IMG/VR virus record: IMGVR_UViG_3300027903_000008
Coordinates: 1 to 57,433 of that record
DNA length: 57,433 bases
Direction: 5' to 3' (one strand)
Source: a virus
Lineage: Duplodnaviria > Caudoviricetes
In this document: one piece after another, positions 9,295 through 19,260 of the stretch
Layout: the number at the start of each line of letters is the position of its first letter
Position numbering within the stretch: position 1 is the first letter of the stretch
Translations under genes and position numbers: made by a program
The notes under the pieces: generated by a model
The model's input: the letters and a program-made list of their open reading frames with translations, nothing else
What the model was told of the DNA's origin: nothing
The model's database searches: none

Positions 9295-9843
9295 TCAACG
9301 GCCGCTCCGGTATGGCTTGTGGGTGGGGTGTTGTACGATCTGCTCGACACGGGCGGCATGCTCGGGCTGAGCTGCGGCGAGGGCAATATGCCCTGGACCG
9401 GCGAACCCGCCAGCTGCGCCGGCCGGTATCACTGGCGCTACCCTTGCGCCAGGCGAGGCGAAGCCGCCGCCCCAGCTCATGTAGTTGACGCCGAGAGAGG
9501 CTTTCGCCTCTCTCGCAAAGCGAGTTACAGCATTGTCCGGCGGCAGCTTCGCCGCTACATCGCCTACCCGCAAATTGTCGTTCATATCCGTCACTTTCAG
9601 TGACGGAGCGCCAAGTTCAACGGCTCTCGCCGCCGACGACTCTTCGAGCTGCCGATACGTACTCTCGGTAGACCGCGCTATCGCACTACCACCAACAGCG
9701 ATGCGCGACGGAATCGGCGAAGCCGATTCGTCGAACTCCGCGCCGCAGCCGCCGCAGAACTTGGGCGGCCCGTCCTCCCGTCGCTGCAACAGTTCGAAGC
9801 TGGCACCGCACTCACACGCATACGTCCTCACGATATAAGACAT
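9295..9843 (-). CDS. FmdB-like zinc-ribbon protein
   Basis: YACECGASFE...PKFCGGCG at the N-terminus. Confidence 0.75.
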   Translation of the reverse strand: MSYIVRTYACECGASFELLQRREDGPPKFCGGCGAEFDESASPIPSRIAVGGSAIARSTESTYRQLEESSAARAVELGAPSLKVTDMNDNLRVGDVAAKLPPDNAVTRFAREAKASLGVNYMSWGGGFASPGARVAPVIPAGAAGGFAGPGHIALAAAQPEHAARVEQIVQHPTHKPYRSGR

Positions 9844-9852
9844 TCGTCATTC

Positions 9853-10302
9853 CTACTGCCGTGGTGGCAACATTAGTTCGTAGCACTGACCGCCCATCTC
9901 CGTCGTGAGGAATGTTACTAGAGAATTATCCTCGACGGCTACCTCTATTATGAGGTTGTAATAACCTGCGCGGCCGAGCCCACCCACTAGGTTGCTAAAC
10001 GCGAACGTGATGATCCCCGGCTCGCCGGCGACCGTAGCCGGCGCTCCAGCCAGTGCCTGTGACGCCCTATTTACTCCGTCGACAAAGATCCCGGCATACA
10101 CAGAGCCCGACGTACTAGTGAGAGCATCGAGCATGATATCACAATGTACGACGCTAAGGTCGTTGAGTTTATGAAACGTGAGCGCTTGATTGGATGGAGT
10201 CCACTTATTTCTATCGTAGAGGAAGTCAGACGTTGCGGCCGGGAACTGTGCCCAATTTATAATACCGAACGCCGCAGCGAGTGCTGTACTACGGACATAC
10301 AT
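9853..10302 (-). CDS. Putative virion beta-sandwich protein
   Basis: 149 aa, beta-rich, coupled to the upstream fibre gene. Confidence 0.55.
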   Translation of the reverse strand: MYVRSTALAAAFGIINWAQFPAATSDFLYDRNKWTPSNQALTFHKLNDLSVVHCDIMLDALTSTSGSVYAGIFVDGVNRASQALAGAPATVAGEPGIITFAFSNLVGGLGRAGYYNLIIEVAVEDNSLVTFLTTEMGGQCYELMLPPRQ

Positions 10303-11479
10303 TGATTACCCCGCCGTTATTCCATAACGTGCCGGACGCTAAACCTGAGCAGCTCGTCGGCCAGCCCCCCACTATAGAGAGAGTTCCGCCGGCCCTGGCG
10401 TTTACAGAATAGTTATTGACTGGACCAACGTATATTCCTCCCTGTGATTGCTCCCCCGCTATAGTTCCAGGTAGAAAGGTGAGAGAATTCCCGCTGTCCA
10501 GTAATTCAGCACCACGAAGTACAGTAAACCTCTTACCTATGACTCCGGTTCCAGCAAATGACGTGCCGAGGTTGAACTGAGCTTCTGCACCGGTCTGTAG
10601 AAAGACAAACTCCCTGGTGTATATCGGTGAGCCTACCGTTGTTATCACACCGGATGGAAAGGCGCTGTAAATCACTGTACCGTTGCTACCTCCGCCGATG
10701 AAACGCTGTGAGGTCCCAGTCAGATAGATATTACCCCATATCTCTACCTGACCGAGGTTTTCAACGTGTATCTGTTCAACGGATGCCGAGTCAAACACGA
10801 CATCATTTCCATACACATTGATTACACCTGAGATTTGAGCGAAGAGACTCGACTGGCACACATTGTTCGTGCCTTTCACGGTTACACGGGCAATGCCGAT
10901 GACGGCGGCATTCTCCACGATTACCGTACCACACACGCCAGTACTACCGTTCCACACCGTCAAAGAGGAACCGGCACCCTGTACCACTACCATGTTGTTG
11001 TCGGTGTTGATTAGACCAATATTATCATGAGTCGCGACGGCCCTATTGGATGATGGGCCGCGTAGATTCACAGTCTCGTTGTATGTGCCAGCGCCGAGAT
11101 TGACCAGCACGATCTGACCGTTGGTGAGGCGGCCGTTCTGCGCCTGATTTATAGCGTAGGTCATAGTGGCACATGGACTGGATTGACAGTTGCCCGCGTC
11201 GGTTCCGCCAATAGCGACGCTCACGCTCACAGGTACAGGCGCCAACAGCTGATCGGCGGTTATGGAGCCCGATGCGAACATATTAGCGATATTGACGCTG
11301 CCGGTGAGGGTCGGCGAAGCCGATGGGGCCAGCCGGTTGAGGGCTGCCGCAGGCAGTGGGCAGTCCGCCACGAACGGTGGCGCAACTTCGTTAGGATTGG
11401 GCACAGGGCAAGCGGCCAAAGCCGCCTGCAATGGCGAGCTCAACACGACCAATATCGCGGTAGCGCTATACCAGGACAT
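10289..11479 (-). CDS. Beta-helix (pectin-lyase-like) fibre/spike protein with signal-peptide-like N-terminus
   Basis: GTDAGNCQSSPCATMTYAI and VNLGAGTYNE motifs; Gly/Asn/Ser-rich repeats. Confidence 0.7.
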   Translation of the reverse strand: MSWYSATAILVVLSSPLQAALAACPVPNPNEVAPPFVADCPLPAAALNRLAPSASPTLTGSVNIANMFASGSITADQLLAPVPVSVSVAIGGTDAGNCQSSPCATMTYAINQAQNGRLTNGQIVLVNLGAGTYNETVNLRGPSSNRAVATHDNIGLINTDNNMVVVQGAGSSLTVWNGSTGVCGTVIVENAAVIGIARVTVKGTNNVCQSSLFAQISGVINVYGNDVVFDSASVEQIHVENLGQVEIWGNIYLTGTSQRFIGGGSNGTVIYSAFPSGVITTVGSPIYTREFVFLQTGAEAQFNLGTSFAGTGVIGKRFTVLRGAELLDSGNSLTFLPGTIAGEQSQGGIYVGPVNNYSVNARAGGTLSIVGGWPTSCSGLASGTLWNNGGVINVCP

Positions 11480-11828
11480 CCGGCCCACCCACAAGCGATT
11501 GATCGGTGATGAAGGGGGAGACGCCTAGCGGCAGTTCCAAGCACGTCTCGAAGTCGTACCGGAGGCCGCCCATCGTTTCCACCGAGAGAGTGATCTGGAT
11601 AGGGAGAGTGAAGGTTAGCGTTTGGACTGAAACGGCCTGCCGCCGTCCAGAGGACGGCGAGATGCAGAGGCCGCGGCTGACGCCGATGAACGAGACTGTC
11701 TCAGGGACGTTGAGCTGAGGTAGTGCCCGGAGGGCGAGCACTTCCATCAGCTCGCCGTCGATGAGGCCGGCGAGGTCTACGACCATCACGCCACGGTAGT
11801 TTGGCACCGGGGACGGGATGCAAGTCAC
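11466..11828 (-). CDS. Hypothetical structural-region protein
   Basis: GTG start overlapping the upstream stop; only the last 120 codons of the 363-aa track ORF look genuine. Confidence 0.5.
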   Translation of the reverse strand: MTCIPSPVPNYRGVMVVDLAGLIDGELMEVLALRALPQLNVPETVSFIGVSRGLCISPSSGRRQAVSVQTLTFTLPIQITLSVETMGGLRYDFETCLELPLGVSPFITDQSLVGGPDVLV

Positions 11829-14578
11829 ACTACCACCTTCCCCATAGGCCACGGGCCGAAGCCGGCGAGGCCGGGAAGGAAGGCGATCCGCGCCGTCGCG
11901 GTCGCGTCGGCCGCCTGCAGTGCCACAGTGTCCGGGCCGGCGGTACGGAACGTTCGGATTGCCCTCAGGAGGTTGGCCATATTGGCGTCGGCCCCACCGT
12001 ACCCGAGGTAGGCGGCCGTAACCGTGGCGTTGTCGAACGGCACGTAAGTCGCTGGACATGATGTGATGTTGAGGATATTCCACAGTACGGTCGTTGCGGT
12101 GCTGTTGGGGATGACGGCCGTCCCGCCGGAGGTGGTGCTTACCTTTATGCGACTGTTTGCCGGCTCGGCAGCCACTACGTAGTAGGTCTGCGTTTCCATG
12201 ACGAAGGGCGACGGTGCCGGCGTACCGCCGGCCAACCCGTTGAAGTAGTCGCTGGTGAAGATCAGCGTCGCACCGACGCCGAATGGGCACTCGGGCCAAC
12301 TCGGGTTCCCGCTGGCCGTCGTCAGCGTGATCCATCCCGTGCTCGTGTCGCTGAAGTTGGCGAACATGTAGATGCCGCCGCCGTCCGGGGCGCTCACCTG
12401 GAACACGAACGTTCCTACGTGGCCCCAGTCCGCCTTGAACGTCGTGTTGCCGCCGCCGTTCTTGAGGTTGATCGACTGTGCCGAGGCAAGGATAGAGCAA
12501 TTCGTGTTCATCCCGCCGGTAAAATACCTGGCATGGAAGGTACACATCGTTGTGCATGCAGCACCGAACGACGGTTCATTCCCATGAATCAGTTTGGCCC
12601 TGGCGAACGCCTCCGCATGGTACGACTGCATCCACGGGTCGCTGGTCCCGGTCTGCGAGATCATGATGCTGTTGAGCCCGGACCCGCCGTTGAAGGCGTC
12701 GAAGTGCCAGAACCCGTTGTTCACCTCGTTTGCCGACAGCACGGTGCTGACATACTCGGCGCCGTAGTTCATCGTGTCTTTCAGACAGTCCTTGAAGTAA
12801 GCGGCTTCGCCAAAGGCTGTGCCGTCGGCGAGCGCGGCGGGCAGAATGCCTGCTGCAAATACCAATTCCCGTAAGGCCCAGGCATTGTTTCGTGTGCTGA
12901 CTGAGACGATGACGTTGCCATAGTATCTTGTGCTCCCAATCAGTGGCGTGCGGTCGTCAGCGTTTACGGACGGCCCGCCGCTGTTGCCGTTGGGAGGCGG
13001 CGGCCAGCCCCCATAAGCTGCTTGCAGCAGTGCGAAATCCGGCACCCTACACATCAACGCCTCGGTCGCTCCCATTAACACCACGTCACGATTGTGAGCC
13101 CCGCCCTCCATCAAGTACGTATAGTAGGCTCCGCTCGGGTAGTGTGTGGTGTCAGTGATGCCGACCCAGTCGCCGTAGGCTAGGATGTCGGTCGGCCCGA
13201 GGACGAAGTTGTTCCACCAGAAGCCGTTGTTGTAGGTGAGCGGCTGGTTCGGCGTCATTCCGGTATAGTCGATGTTCCGGAAGTTTGGTACGCGACCGTT
13301 CGTGTCGAGGTTCATCGCCGGTGCAGTGGCCCATCCAAGCGCGGATATTCGGTGGTTCTGCGCGGTCGTCTTCGTCTGTAGCAGCAAGTCGCGGACGTTC
13401 CAGTCCGGGATCATGCCAATGTGCGGGTGAGAGCCGCCCTGGTTGATGTTGACCTGAGTGTCCCAGTCCGAGAATACTTCGTTAGTCCAGAAACCCTTGA
13501 CCATTGGGGCATAGAGGATCGGCGTCAGGCCGCTCGGCGGATCGGTCGCGTTGGTGGTAAGGTCGTATTTAGGGATAAGGCCGGTCGAGAGCAGGTAGGA
13601 GCGACTGGTGGCAGTGGACTGTGGGTTTGACTGAACCGGGTCGCAGGTGACCAGGAGGTTCTGCGCCTCCACCGTCCCGGCGATCCACCGCGGCTTGCCG
13701 TCGTTCCGGGCCGTAAACCATCCACCGCGGAGGCTGTGCCCGCCAATCGTCGAGGGACTGCCGACGTGCAGCAGCATCGACGGATCACTGTTATTGACGA
13801 TAACCGTCGCACCGTTCTTCAGCACCGGGTTATAGTTGTACCGGTCGGGCACGAAGGTAAGATAACTAGTTCCATCAGTGGACTTGTTGAGCAAGCTGTT
13901 GTGCAAGTATACCAGGTATTCTACGTCCCGGATTGCTCCGGTCGAGGTGTTGAGCCACAACCAAACGTAGACGGCGACGTGGATATGGACGTGGTTGATC
14001 GATCCGTTGGTCAGCTGGCCCCAGGCACGGAACCCCATGCAGCATCGACCTTTGTTGATCTGCTGCACGTAGGAGCCAGAGAGAAGGGTGTTGAAGTGCG
14101 CCAGCCAGTTGCCGGTCGTGTAGACATTCGAAGCGCCGGAGGCGCTTGCCATCGAGTCGCATTCGATGATCAGGTCCTGCGCGCCGCTGAAGACGGTGAG
14201 GTCGGTCAGCAGCTGGGAGGGGGTTTTCCCTCCTGGAAGGGTGTTGTTGAACGGGCCGACGACACTTGAGACGGAGATCGTGTCGTGGCCGCCGGCCGCG
14301 ATAGAGCGGGCGGTGTAGCCACGCACCTCGCAGTACCGCACTGAGCCGTTCGGCCAATAGTTGATGGCGTCGAACTGCGCCGTGAGCGCGTTGTCCGCGC
14401 CGTCGCTGAGAGCGATAGAGCCGCCTGGGGGTACGTCTCCTTGCCGTAAGCCCAGGCCAAACCGGAACGGCGAGCCGGCCGGAATGATGGAGGTGCCAGA
14501 TGTCTCGTTGAGGGTGCGGCTGGTCACTCCGCTCGGAATGAGAGGAGTGGGGGTGGTCGCCAGTAACCACGGATGCAT
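11825..14578 (-). CDS. RIFT-barrel / PcRGLX-YetA-like putative polysaccharide lyase (depolymerase)
   Basis: PFRFGLGLRQGDVP...AQFDAINYWPNGSVRY N-terminal barrel, followed by an aromatic-rich toroid region (THYPSGAYYTYLMEG, RNNAWALR, DPWMQSY). Confidence 0.65.
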   Translation of the reverse strand: MHPWLLATTPTPLIPSGVTSRTLNETSGTSIIPAGSPFRFGLGLRQGDVPPGGSIALSDGADNALTAQFDAINYWPNGSVRYCEVRGYTARSIAAGGHDTISVSSVVGPFNNTLPGGKTPSQLLTDLTVFSGAQDLIIECDSMASASGASNVYTTGNWLAHFNTLLSGSYVQQINKGRCCMGFRAWGQLTNGSINHVHIHVAVYVWLWLNTSTGAIRDVEYLVYLHNSLLNKSTDGTSYLTFVPDRYNYNPVLKNGATVIVNNSDPSMLLHVGSPSTIGGHSLRGGWFTARNDGKPRWIAGTVEAQNLLVTCDPVQSNPQSTATSRSYLLSTGLIPKYDLTTNATDPPSGLTPILYAPMVKGFWTNEVFSDWDTQVNINQGGSHPHIGMIPDWNVRDLLLQTKTTAQNHRISALGWATAPAMNLDTNGRVPNFRNIDYTGMTPNQPLTYNNGFWWNNFVLGPTDILAYGDWVGITDTTHYPSGAYYTYLMEGGAHNRDVVLMGATEALMCRVPDFALLQAAYGGWPPPPNGNSGGPSVNADDRTPLIGSTRYYGNVIVSVSTRNNAWALRELVFAAGILPAALADGTAFGEAAYFKDCLKDTMNYGAEYVSTVLSANEVNNGFWHFDAFNGGSGLNSIMISQTGTSDPWMQSYHAEAFARAKLIHGNEPSFGAACTTMCTFHARYFTGGMNTNCSILASAQSINLKNGGGNTTFKADWGHVGTFVFQVSAPDGGGIYMFANFSDTSTGWITLTTASGNPSWPECPFGVGATLIFTSDYFNGLAGGTPAPSPFVMETQTYYVVAAEPANSRIKVSTTSGGTAVIPNSTATTVLWNILNITSCPATYVPFDNATVTAAYLGYGGADANMANLLRAIRTFRTAGPDTVALQAADATATARIAFLPGLAGFGPWPMGKVVV

Positions 14579-14582
14579 GACG

Positions 14583-15617
14583 TCAAGCCCCGTCGCCGCC
14601 AAGGATATATGTGTTCGCGGCTACCGCTACGATCGTGATCAGGCTGTTCTGTCCGAAGGTGCTGGTGAAGCCGTGCGGGTTTAGGAGGAGAGTGGCGCCG
14701 CCGCCTGCGGCGACGGTCACGGCGCTAGAGGTCATCTGGACTAGGCCGCACTCGAAGCTCGCCGGCAGACCGGAGGGGATCGTGACGGTGCAGCCGGCAG
14801 CGTTCGTGCAAGTCAATATGTTCTGGTTGTCACTGGAGAGGAGAGTGCGCGTCGTCGTCGAGACGACAATGATGTTGCTGGTGCTGGATGGTCCAGTGTA
14901 GCCGGTCGGCCCAGTCTGACCGGCGGTTGAGCCAGTTGGACCGGTGGGACCGGCAGCGCCAGTAGAGCCGGCGGCACCGGTGCTACCTGCGCCAGCAGAG
15001 CCAGTGGGTCCTGTGGCCCCAGTGGCTGCGGCGGCGCCGGCCCTGCCGGTAGGACCAAGCGCACCAGTAGAGCCGGTAGGGCCAGTAGAGCCGGTAGCCC
15101 CTACGCCGGGACCAGTAGGCCCTGCTCCGCCGATAGGACCGGTGAAGCCGGTGGGTCCTGTGGTGCCTGTCAGTCCGACTGGACCGATATGCCCAGTGGT
15201 GCCGGTAGGCCCAGTGAAACCGGAGGGACCTAGAGGACCGGTGTAACCGGTCGGGCCAGTTACACCGGTAGGCCCTATGCCGCCGGAGCCGGCGGGTCCG
15301 ATCGCGCCAGTAGGACCAGATGGCCCGGTGGCGCCGGTAGTGCCAGTGGCACCAGTTACGCCGGACGGCCCTATACCGCCGGTAGGTCCGGCTCCGCCCA
15401 TTACCCCGGCCGGTCCGGTCACTGTGCTGGCGGGACCAGTGTCGCCGGTCGGGCCGGTCGGCCCACCGGACGGGCCGGTGGGGCCTGTGGCGAATCGGCC
15501 TGCCTGGATATAACCAGATATATGGAACTGCGCCGGGTCCCCTTCGAAGGCCGGCCCCATCTGCCGGATGGGAAAGCCGGTGTCAGACTGCTGAAACGGC
15601 CCCGTCACGTTTCTCAT
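14583..15617 (-). CDS. Collagen-like (Gly-X-Thr) fibre protein
   Basis: Long GPT/GAT triplet tract; C-terminal [12 protein letters not shown]...NTYILGGD domain. Confidence 0.9.
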   Translation of the reverse strand: MRNVTGPFQQSDTGFPIRQMGPAFEGDPAQFHISGYIQAGRFATGPTGPSGGPTGPTGDTGPASTVTGPAGVMGGAGPTGGIGPSGVTGATGTTGATGPSGPTGAIGPAGSGGIGPTGVTGPTGYTGPLGPSGFTGPTGTTGHIGPVGLTGTTGPTGFTGPIGGAGPTGPGVGATGSTGPTGSTGALGPTGRAGAAAATGATGPTGSAGAGSTGAAGSTGAAGPTGPTGSTAGQTGPTGYTGPSSTSNIIVVSTTTRTLLSSDNQNILTCTNAAGCTVTIPSGLPASFECGLVQMTSSAVTVAAGGGATLLLNPHGFTSTFGQNSLITIVAVAANTYILGGDGA

Positions 15618-15706
15618 CGGGAGACCCTTGACATTTTCCTAAACAGCATTATATGGGGGCGACCCCTTGGGGGTACACCCTCGACAAGCGTATATCGGTC
15701 GGTACG

Positions 15707-17680
15707 TCACCAGTTCCACCTACTACGCCGTTGCAGTCGTTGGGCCTGACGCCGCTCCGCCTCGCGCTGCTGCGCACGCTGCTGCATAATATAATTCATA
15801 AACCCCGGCGAGTCGGCGTTCTCTCCCAGGGCCGCGTCCTTCAGCTGCTCGCGCTCGTATGTCATACCGGAGCCGTCCATCTCCGCACGTTCCCAGTCTA
15901 TCCAGCAGCGTACGCCGAGCGCCAGTGCCACGGGGCGATCGTCCTTCGCCGTCCCGTCCGCTTCGATATACATGCCCTTGCGCGCTAGTCGCTTCATCTC
16001 GTAAATGGCTTGGACGCTGTTGATGATCAGCTTGCCCATCATATATTGATCGCCTAGCTGCGTCATTATCGCTGGTTTGTTGACTGCGGTGGTCTTCCAG
16101 TGCAGGTTGTAGCCGGCGCCGAAGCTGTCGGCGCGATGGTATAGGTAGTTGCGGACGTTGACGATAGGCGACGGCGGCCGCCGCCTCCGGCGTTGTGCGG
16201 TAGCACTGTCGTCGGCGTCGATAGGCTCGTCATCGACCTCATCGTTGCGTGGAGCAGTTAGCCGTCCCGTCTCCAGAAGCGTCTGAAGATGGCGGAACTC
16301 AGTGTAGACAGCTTCGCCAGGACCGTTGATCTCCAGGATATAGCGGGCGTTCTTGTACCAACCACACAGGTCTGCGATGACCCACGTAAACTGATAGGGT
16401 TCCATGTTTGTGACACAGAACTCTGCACACTGTACCAACCGATCTGCGTAGCACCGAAGTACAGTGGCACAAAATCGATCGGAGGTGTCTCCACTACCGT
16501 AGGCTGGGTCCGCGGCGACAATGTATCGTCCGTTGGAGTGTGGTTCATGCCATACTTTCAGTGCGGCGATGCGAGCCACATAGACCTGCTCGCGCTTTAG
16601 CGCGGTGAAAGATTCGCCGAAGTGATAGGCGTAGCCGCGGTAGAGACTCTTCGAGGCAGTCTTCATGCTCTCGTCGAGCACCCTGCCGGGTAGGAATGGG
16701 CTGCCAGTGAGACGGAATGCCTCCTCCGGATATGAGGGGTATTCGACTTCGACTATTTCGGCTTTGCCTGTGTCGACTTCGTCGACATCCTTCTTCCGTT
16801 GTGGGTCCTTGCGATGCCTATACCACGCCCACTGCTCGCGGGTGATCTCGTAGCTGTACATCTTCTTGACGATGTCGCTCGTCTCTTGCTCGTCGCGAGC
16901 AAGATCGGAGTGGCCGTATCTTCGATAGAGGGGCGAAGCCGTCGCGAAGCGGTACTCGGGATGTCGCCACCACGGGAGGAAGATGGCTTTCTTGGCGAGG
17001 TCGTCGGCTATGGCGTCTTCCCAGAGGCCGTTGAAGATGTTGTAGCCCTTCGCTGTGCTCTCGAAGATGTATAGGCGCGCGGGGTACTGGTCGCTGAAAG
17101 AGGAGATGGCGGATTCTAGGCCTTCTTCGTCGCCCCATTGGGCGACTTCAGTGGCATGGAAGAAGTTGAAGGCGCGGCTACGGGCGAGACTGCCTGGCTT
17201 CTTCTTCGTGCCGGCCACCATGTAGTCGATCATGCTGCCGTTCTCGAAGACGAGGCCGTTGCGGTTGTGCACGCGTATCGGCAGAGGGTGGGTATCGGGC
17301 AGGTGCTTTAAGGTCTCGATTATGAGGAGGCGGATCTTCTCCTTGTTCGGCTCGGTGTCGGTGCAGATTGCGCCCTGTAGACCAGGGTACATCGCGCACC
17401 AGAAGAGATCGAGAAGTAACGATAGGGTCGTTATGCCGAGCTGCCGTGCTTTGAGCAAGACGAACCAGTGCACGTCATTGTCTAGTCCGTCGAAAATGGA
17501 CCGGAGGGCGTACTCTTGTACGCCTTGACCTTTGTGACCGGGGAGGTCGTAGAGCTGAAAGGAAGTGTAGCCGGTGTTTTTCGATAGGATCGTGACGTGG
17601 CGCAAGAAGTCGCGAAAGCTACGCTCGAAGGTGCGGCGGTGGAAGGCGAGGGAGGGTGCGGCTCGGGTTGTGACGGCCAT
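15707..17680 (-). CDS. terL: Terminase large subunit
   Basis: Walker A LLKARQLGIT, Walker B FFHATEVA, ESTAKG coupling motif, nuclease motifs AADPAYG and KDDRPVA. Confidence 0.95.
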   Translation of the reverse strand: MAVTTRAAPSLAFHRRTFERSFRDFLRHVTILSKNTGYTSFQLYDLPGHKGQGVQEYALRSIFDGLDNDVHWFVLLKARQLGITTLSLLLDLFWCAMYPGLQGAICTDTEPNKEKIRLLIIETLKHLPDTHPLPIRVHNRNGLVFENGSMIDYMVAGTKKKPGSLARSRAFNFFHATEVAQWGDEEGLESAISSFSDQYPARLYIFESTAKGYNIFNGLWEDAIADDLAKKAIFLPWWRHPEYRFATASPLYRRYGHSDLARDEQETSDIVKKMYSYEITREQWAWYRHRKDPQRKKDVDEVDTGKAEIVEVEYPSYPEEAFRLTGSPFLPGRVLDESMKTASKSLYRGYAYHFGESFTALKREQVYVARIAALKVWHEPHSNGRYIVAADPAYGSGDTSDRFCATVLRCYADRLVQCAEFCVTNMEPYQFTWVIADLCGWYKNARYILEINGPGEAVYTEFRHLQTLLETGRLTAPRNDEVDDEPIDADDSATAQRRRRRPPSPIVNVRNYLYHRADSFGAGYNLHWKTTAVNKPAIMTQLGDQYMMGKLIINSVQAIYEMKRLARKGMYIEADGTAKDDRPVALALGVRCWIDWERAEMDGSGMTYEREQLKDAALGENADSPGFMNYIMQQRAQQREAERRQAQRLQRRSRWNW

Positions 17681-17795
17681 GCCGGTCAGTCTATACCTGC
17701 GAGGGCGACCCCGCCATAGGCTCTCGCCGGCCGTGCCGTCACAAAACCGCAACGCAAAGACGGTAGATATAGCTTATATTTGCAGGAGACGGCTA

Positions 17796-17933
17796 ATGTG
17801 GAAGATAGCTCTTGTGCTTGCCTTGCTCGCGTTGGCGGCGTGCGACGCCACTTTCAGCCCCGACATGGCCCAGAATCCCCACCAGAGCCGTGCTCACGGC
17901 GGCCGCGCGGATGCGGAGCCCGCCTATCACTAG
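17796..17933 (+). CDS. Small lipoprotein
   Basis: AGGAG RBS; MWKIALVLALLALAA-C lipobox; 45 aa. Confidence 0.7.
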   Translation: MWKIALVLALLALAACDATFSPDMAQNPHQSRAHGGRADAEPAYH

Positions 17934-18109
17934 CTGCTTCGCGGTGGTGCTGCCCGCGGTACACGTTTCAGTAATTTATAAACCGACGGCTTCCGGCCAC
18001 AAATCTCACACTTACCCCAAACGTCGTCTTGACACCATTCTCGTTCGGTGCTGCGACAATCGTCACAGGTCGGCGAGAGGTATATCAGATGGGGGTCAGG
18101 TTGAGTCAT
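17930..18109 (-). CDS. Small Cys-rich protein
   Basis: MTQPDPHLIYLSPTCDDC...WCQDDVWGKCEIC. Confidence 0.6.
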   Translation of the reverse strand: MTQPDPHLIYLSPTCDDCRSTEREWCQDDVWGKCEICGRKPSVYKLLKRVPRAAPPRSS

Positions 18110-18285
18110 TGCACACCGCGGCGAGCCGCCCAGTATCTGCACCAGCCATTCGGCGAGATCCGCCCTAGCACTAGCGTGCAGGCGCGAGTGCCGTTGCGGA
18201 ACATGTTGCAGTCGCCGCAACGCTGTCCCACGGAGTAACCCACATAGCCGGCGGCGTCCTTTGTGATAGTGACGGCGGCGGTCAT
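18106..18285 (-). CDS. HiPIP-like [4Fe-4S] protein
   Basis: KDAAGY...QRCGDCNMF...ACTLVLGRISPNGWCRYW has the four-Cys HiPIP signature; no Tat signal. Confidence 0.75.
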   Translation of the reverse strand: MTAAVTITKDAAGYVGYSVGQRCGDCNMFRNGTRACTLVLGRISPNGWCRYWAARRGVQ

Positions 18286-18392
18286 GTCCAGATGCCTCGG
18301 CCGCAGTGACGGCAGCGAGCTGCGCTGCTGTTGAGGACGGCGTCGCGCCAGTCGTGCCAACCAAACAGGCGGCACTTCAGCCAGCTGATCAC
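18282..18392 (-). CDS. DUF1660-like zinc-binding peptide
   Basis: WLKCRLFGWHDW...CRHCG; 36 aa; ATGA coupling to the HiPIP-like gene. Confidence 0.55.
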   Translation of the reverse strand: MISWLKCRLFGWHDWRDAVLNSSAARCRHCGRGIWT

Positions 18393-18393
18393 A

Positions 18394-18624
18394 TCAGGGT
18401 ACCGGTTTCTCATGTATTGGACTCTCGATCAAAATCTTGATTCCCATGATCATCAATCCTTCTGTAGGTATTAATTCGCCAGTGGTGCTCAGATCCCTCT
18501 GTAGCTCAAAATCGAACCGGGACGCGTCATAGCCGTTAGAGAAATTCATTGTCACAGTCAAACTATCCAGAGAAACCCAGTGGTTATTTGCCCAATTAGA
18601 GAGAGCTCGAATGGCGTCGATCAT
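18394..18624 (-). CDS. Hypothetical protein (lower GC)
   Basis: MIDAIRALSNW...; purine-rich RBS upstream. Confidence 0.5.
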   Translation of the reverse strand: MIDAIRALSNWANNHWVSLDSLTVTMNFSNGYDASRFDFELQRDLSTTGELIPTEGLMIMGIKILIESPIHEKPVP

Positions 18625-18631
18625 CGGTATC

Positions 18632-18928
18632 CTACTCCTTTCCGTAGACAAGCTCATGCGGCGGGTCGAGCAGCGGCGAACCCGCACGAGGTGCGGGCCT
18701 CTCGCAGTGACAGACGGCGGGTGACAGCCCGCAGAGCGGACAGTCCTCCAGCTCGCATCCGACGTGATGGTAGCCTGCCGGCAGGGTATTACAGCCACCA
18801 CATCGCTGCGTAGCAGCGGGCGAGTAGCGGCGACGCTCGAAGGTAGCGCCGTACCGCACGGTCCTATGGACCGTGCAGGCCGCGTGCAGATCGGTGCGCT
18901 GGTGACAGGCGCGGCAGCGGACGATCAT
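18632..18928 (-). CDS. Cys/His-rich zinc-finger protein
   Basis: CRAC...RCGGCN...GYHHVGCELEDCPLCG...CHC. Confidence 0.7.
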   Translation of the reverse strand: MIVRCRACHQRTDLHAACTVHRTVRYGATFERRRYSPAATQRCGGCNTLPAGYHHVGCELEDCPLCGLSPAVCHCERPAPRAGSPLLDPPHELVYGKE

Positions 18929-18962
18929 CGTGGCTCACGCAGTGTCCATGAGCGCGCAGCGC

Positions 18963-19208
18963 TCAGCTGTCCCGTATGACGTAGATGCCGTGTGCTACCT
19001 TCATGGTACGAAACTTGCGGGTAAGCTTTTTCCCGTAATACAGCACGATGTTTCGCACTGCGTGAGAGGGGTCGTATGTGTCGTTCCCAATCTGGCTCCA
19101 TGTAATCAGCAACGCTTTGCCGGCGGGGATCTGCGCTATTAACGGATATTTCCAGCTCCTGTTCGGCGCCGGAATTTCCTCGAATACAGATGCAGTTGGC
19201 TCGCTCAT
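18963..19208 (-). CDS. Small putative DNA-binding protein
   Basis: IPAP...KYPL...RKFRTMKVAHGIYVIR pattern, common in phage early/middle genes. Confidence 0.6.
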   Translation of the reverse strand: MSEPTASVFEEIPAPNRSWKYPLIAQIPAGKALLITWSQIGNDTYDPSHAVRNIVLYYGKKLTRKFRTMKVAHGIYVIRDS

Positions 19209-19260
19209 AGCTGTGTTGACCGCGAAGCGATCTGGTTCATCTCCATTGTGCGAGCGTAGC

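Noticed and set aside
11829-12557. N-terminal ~240 aa of the track ORF 11466..12557
   Set aside because: This is an Arg-rich alternative frame within the lyase gene; only the part after 11828 looks coding.
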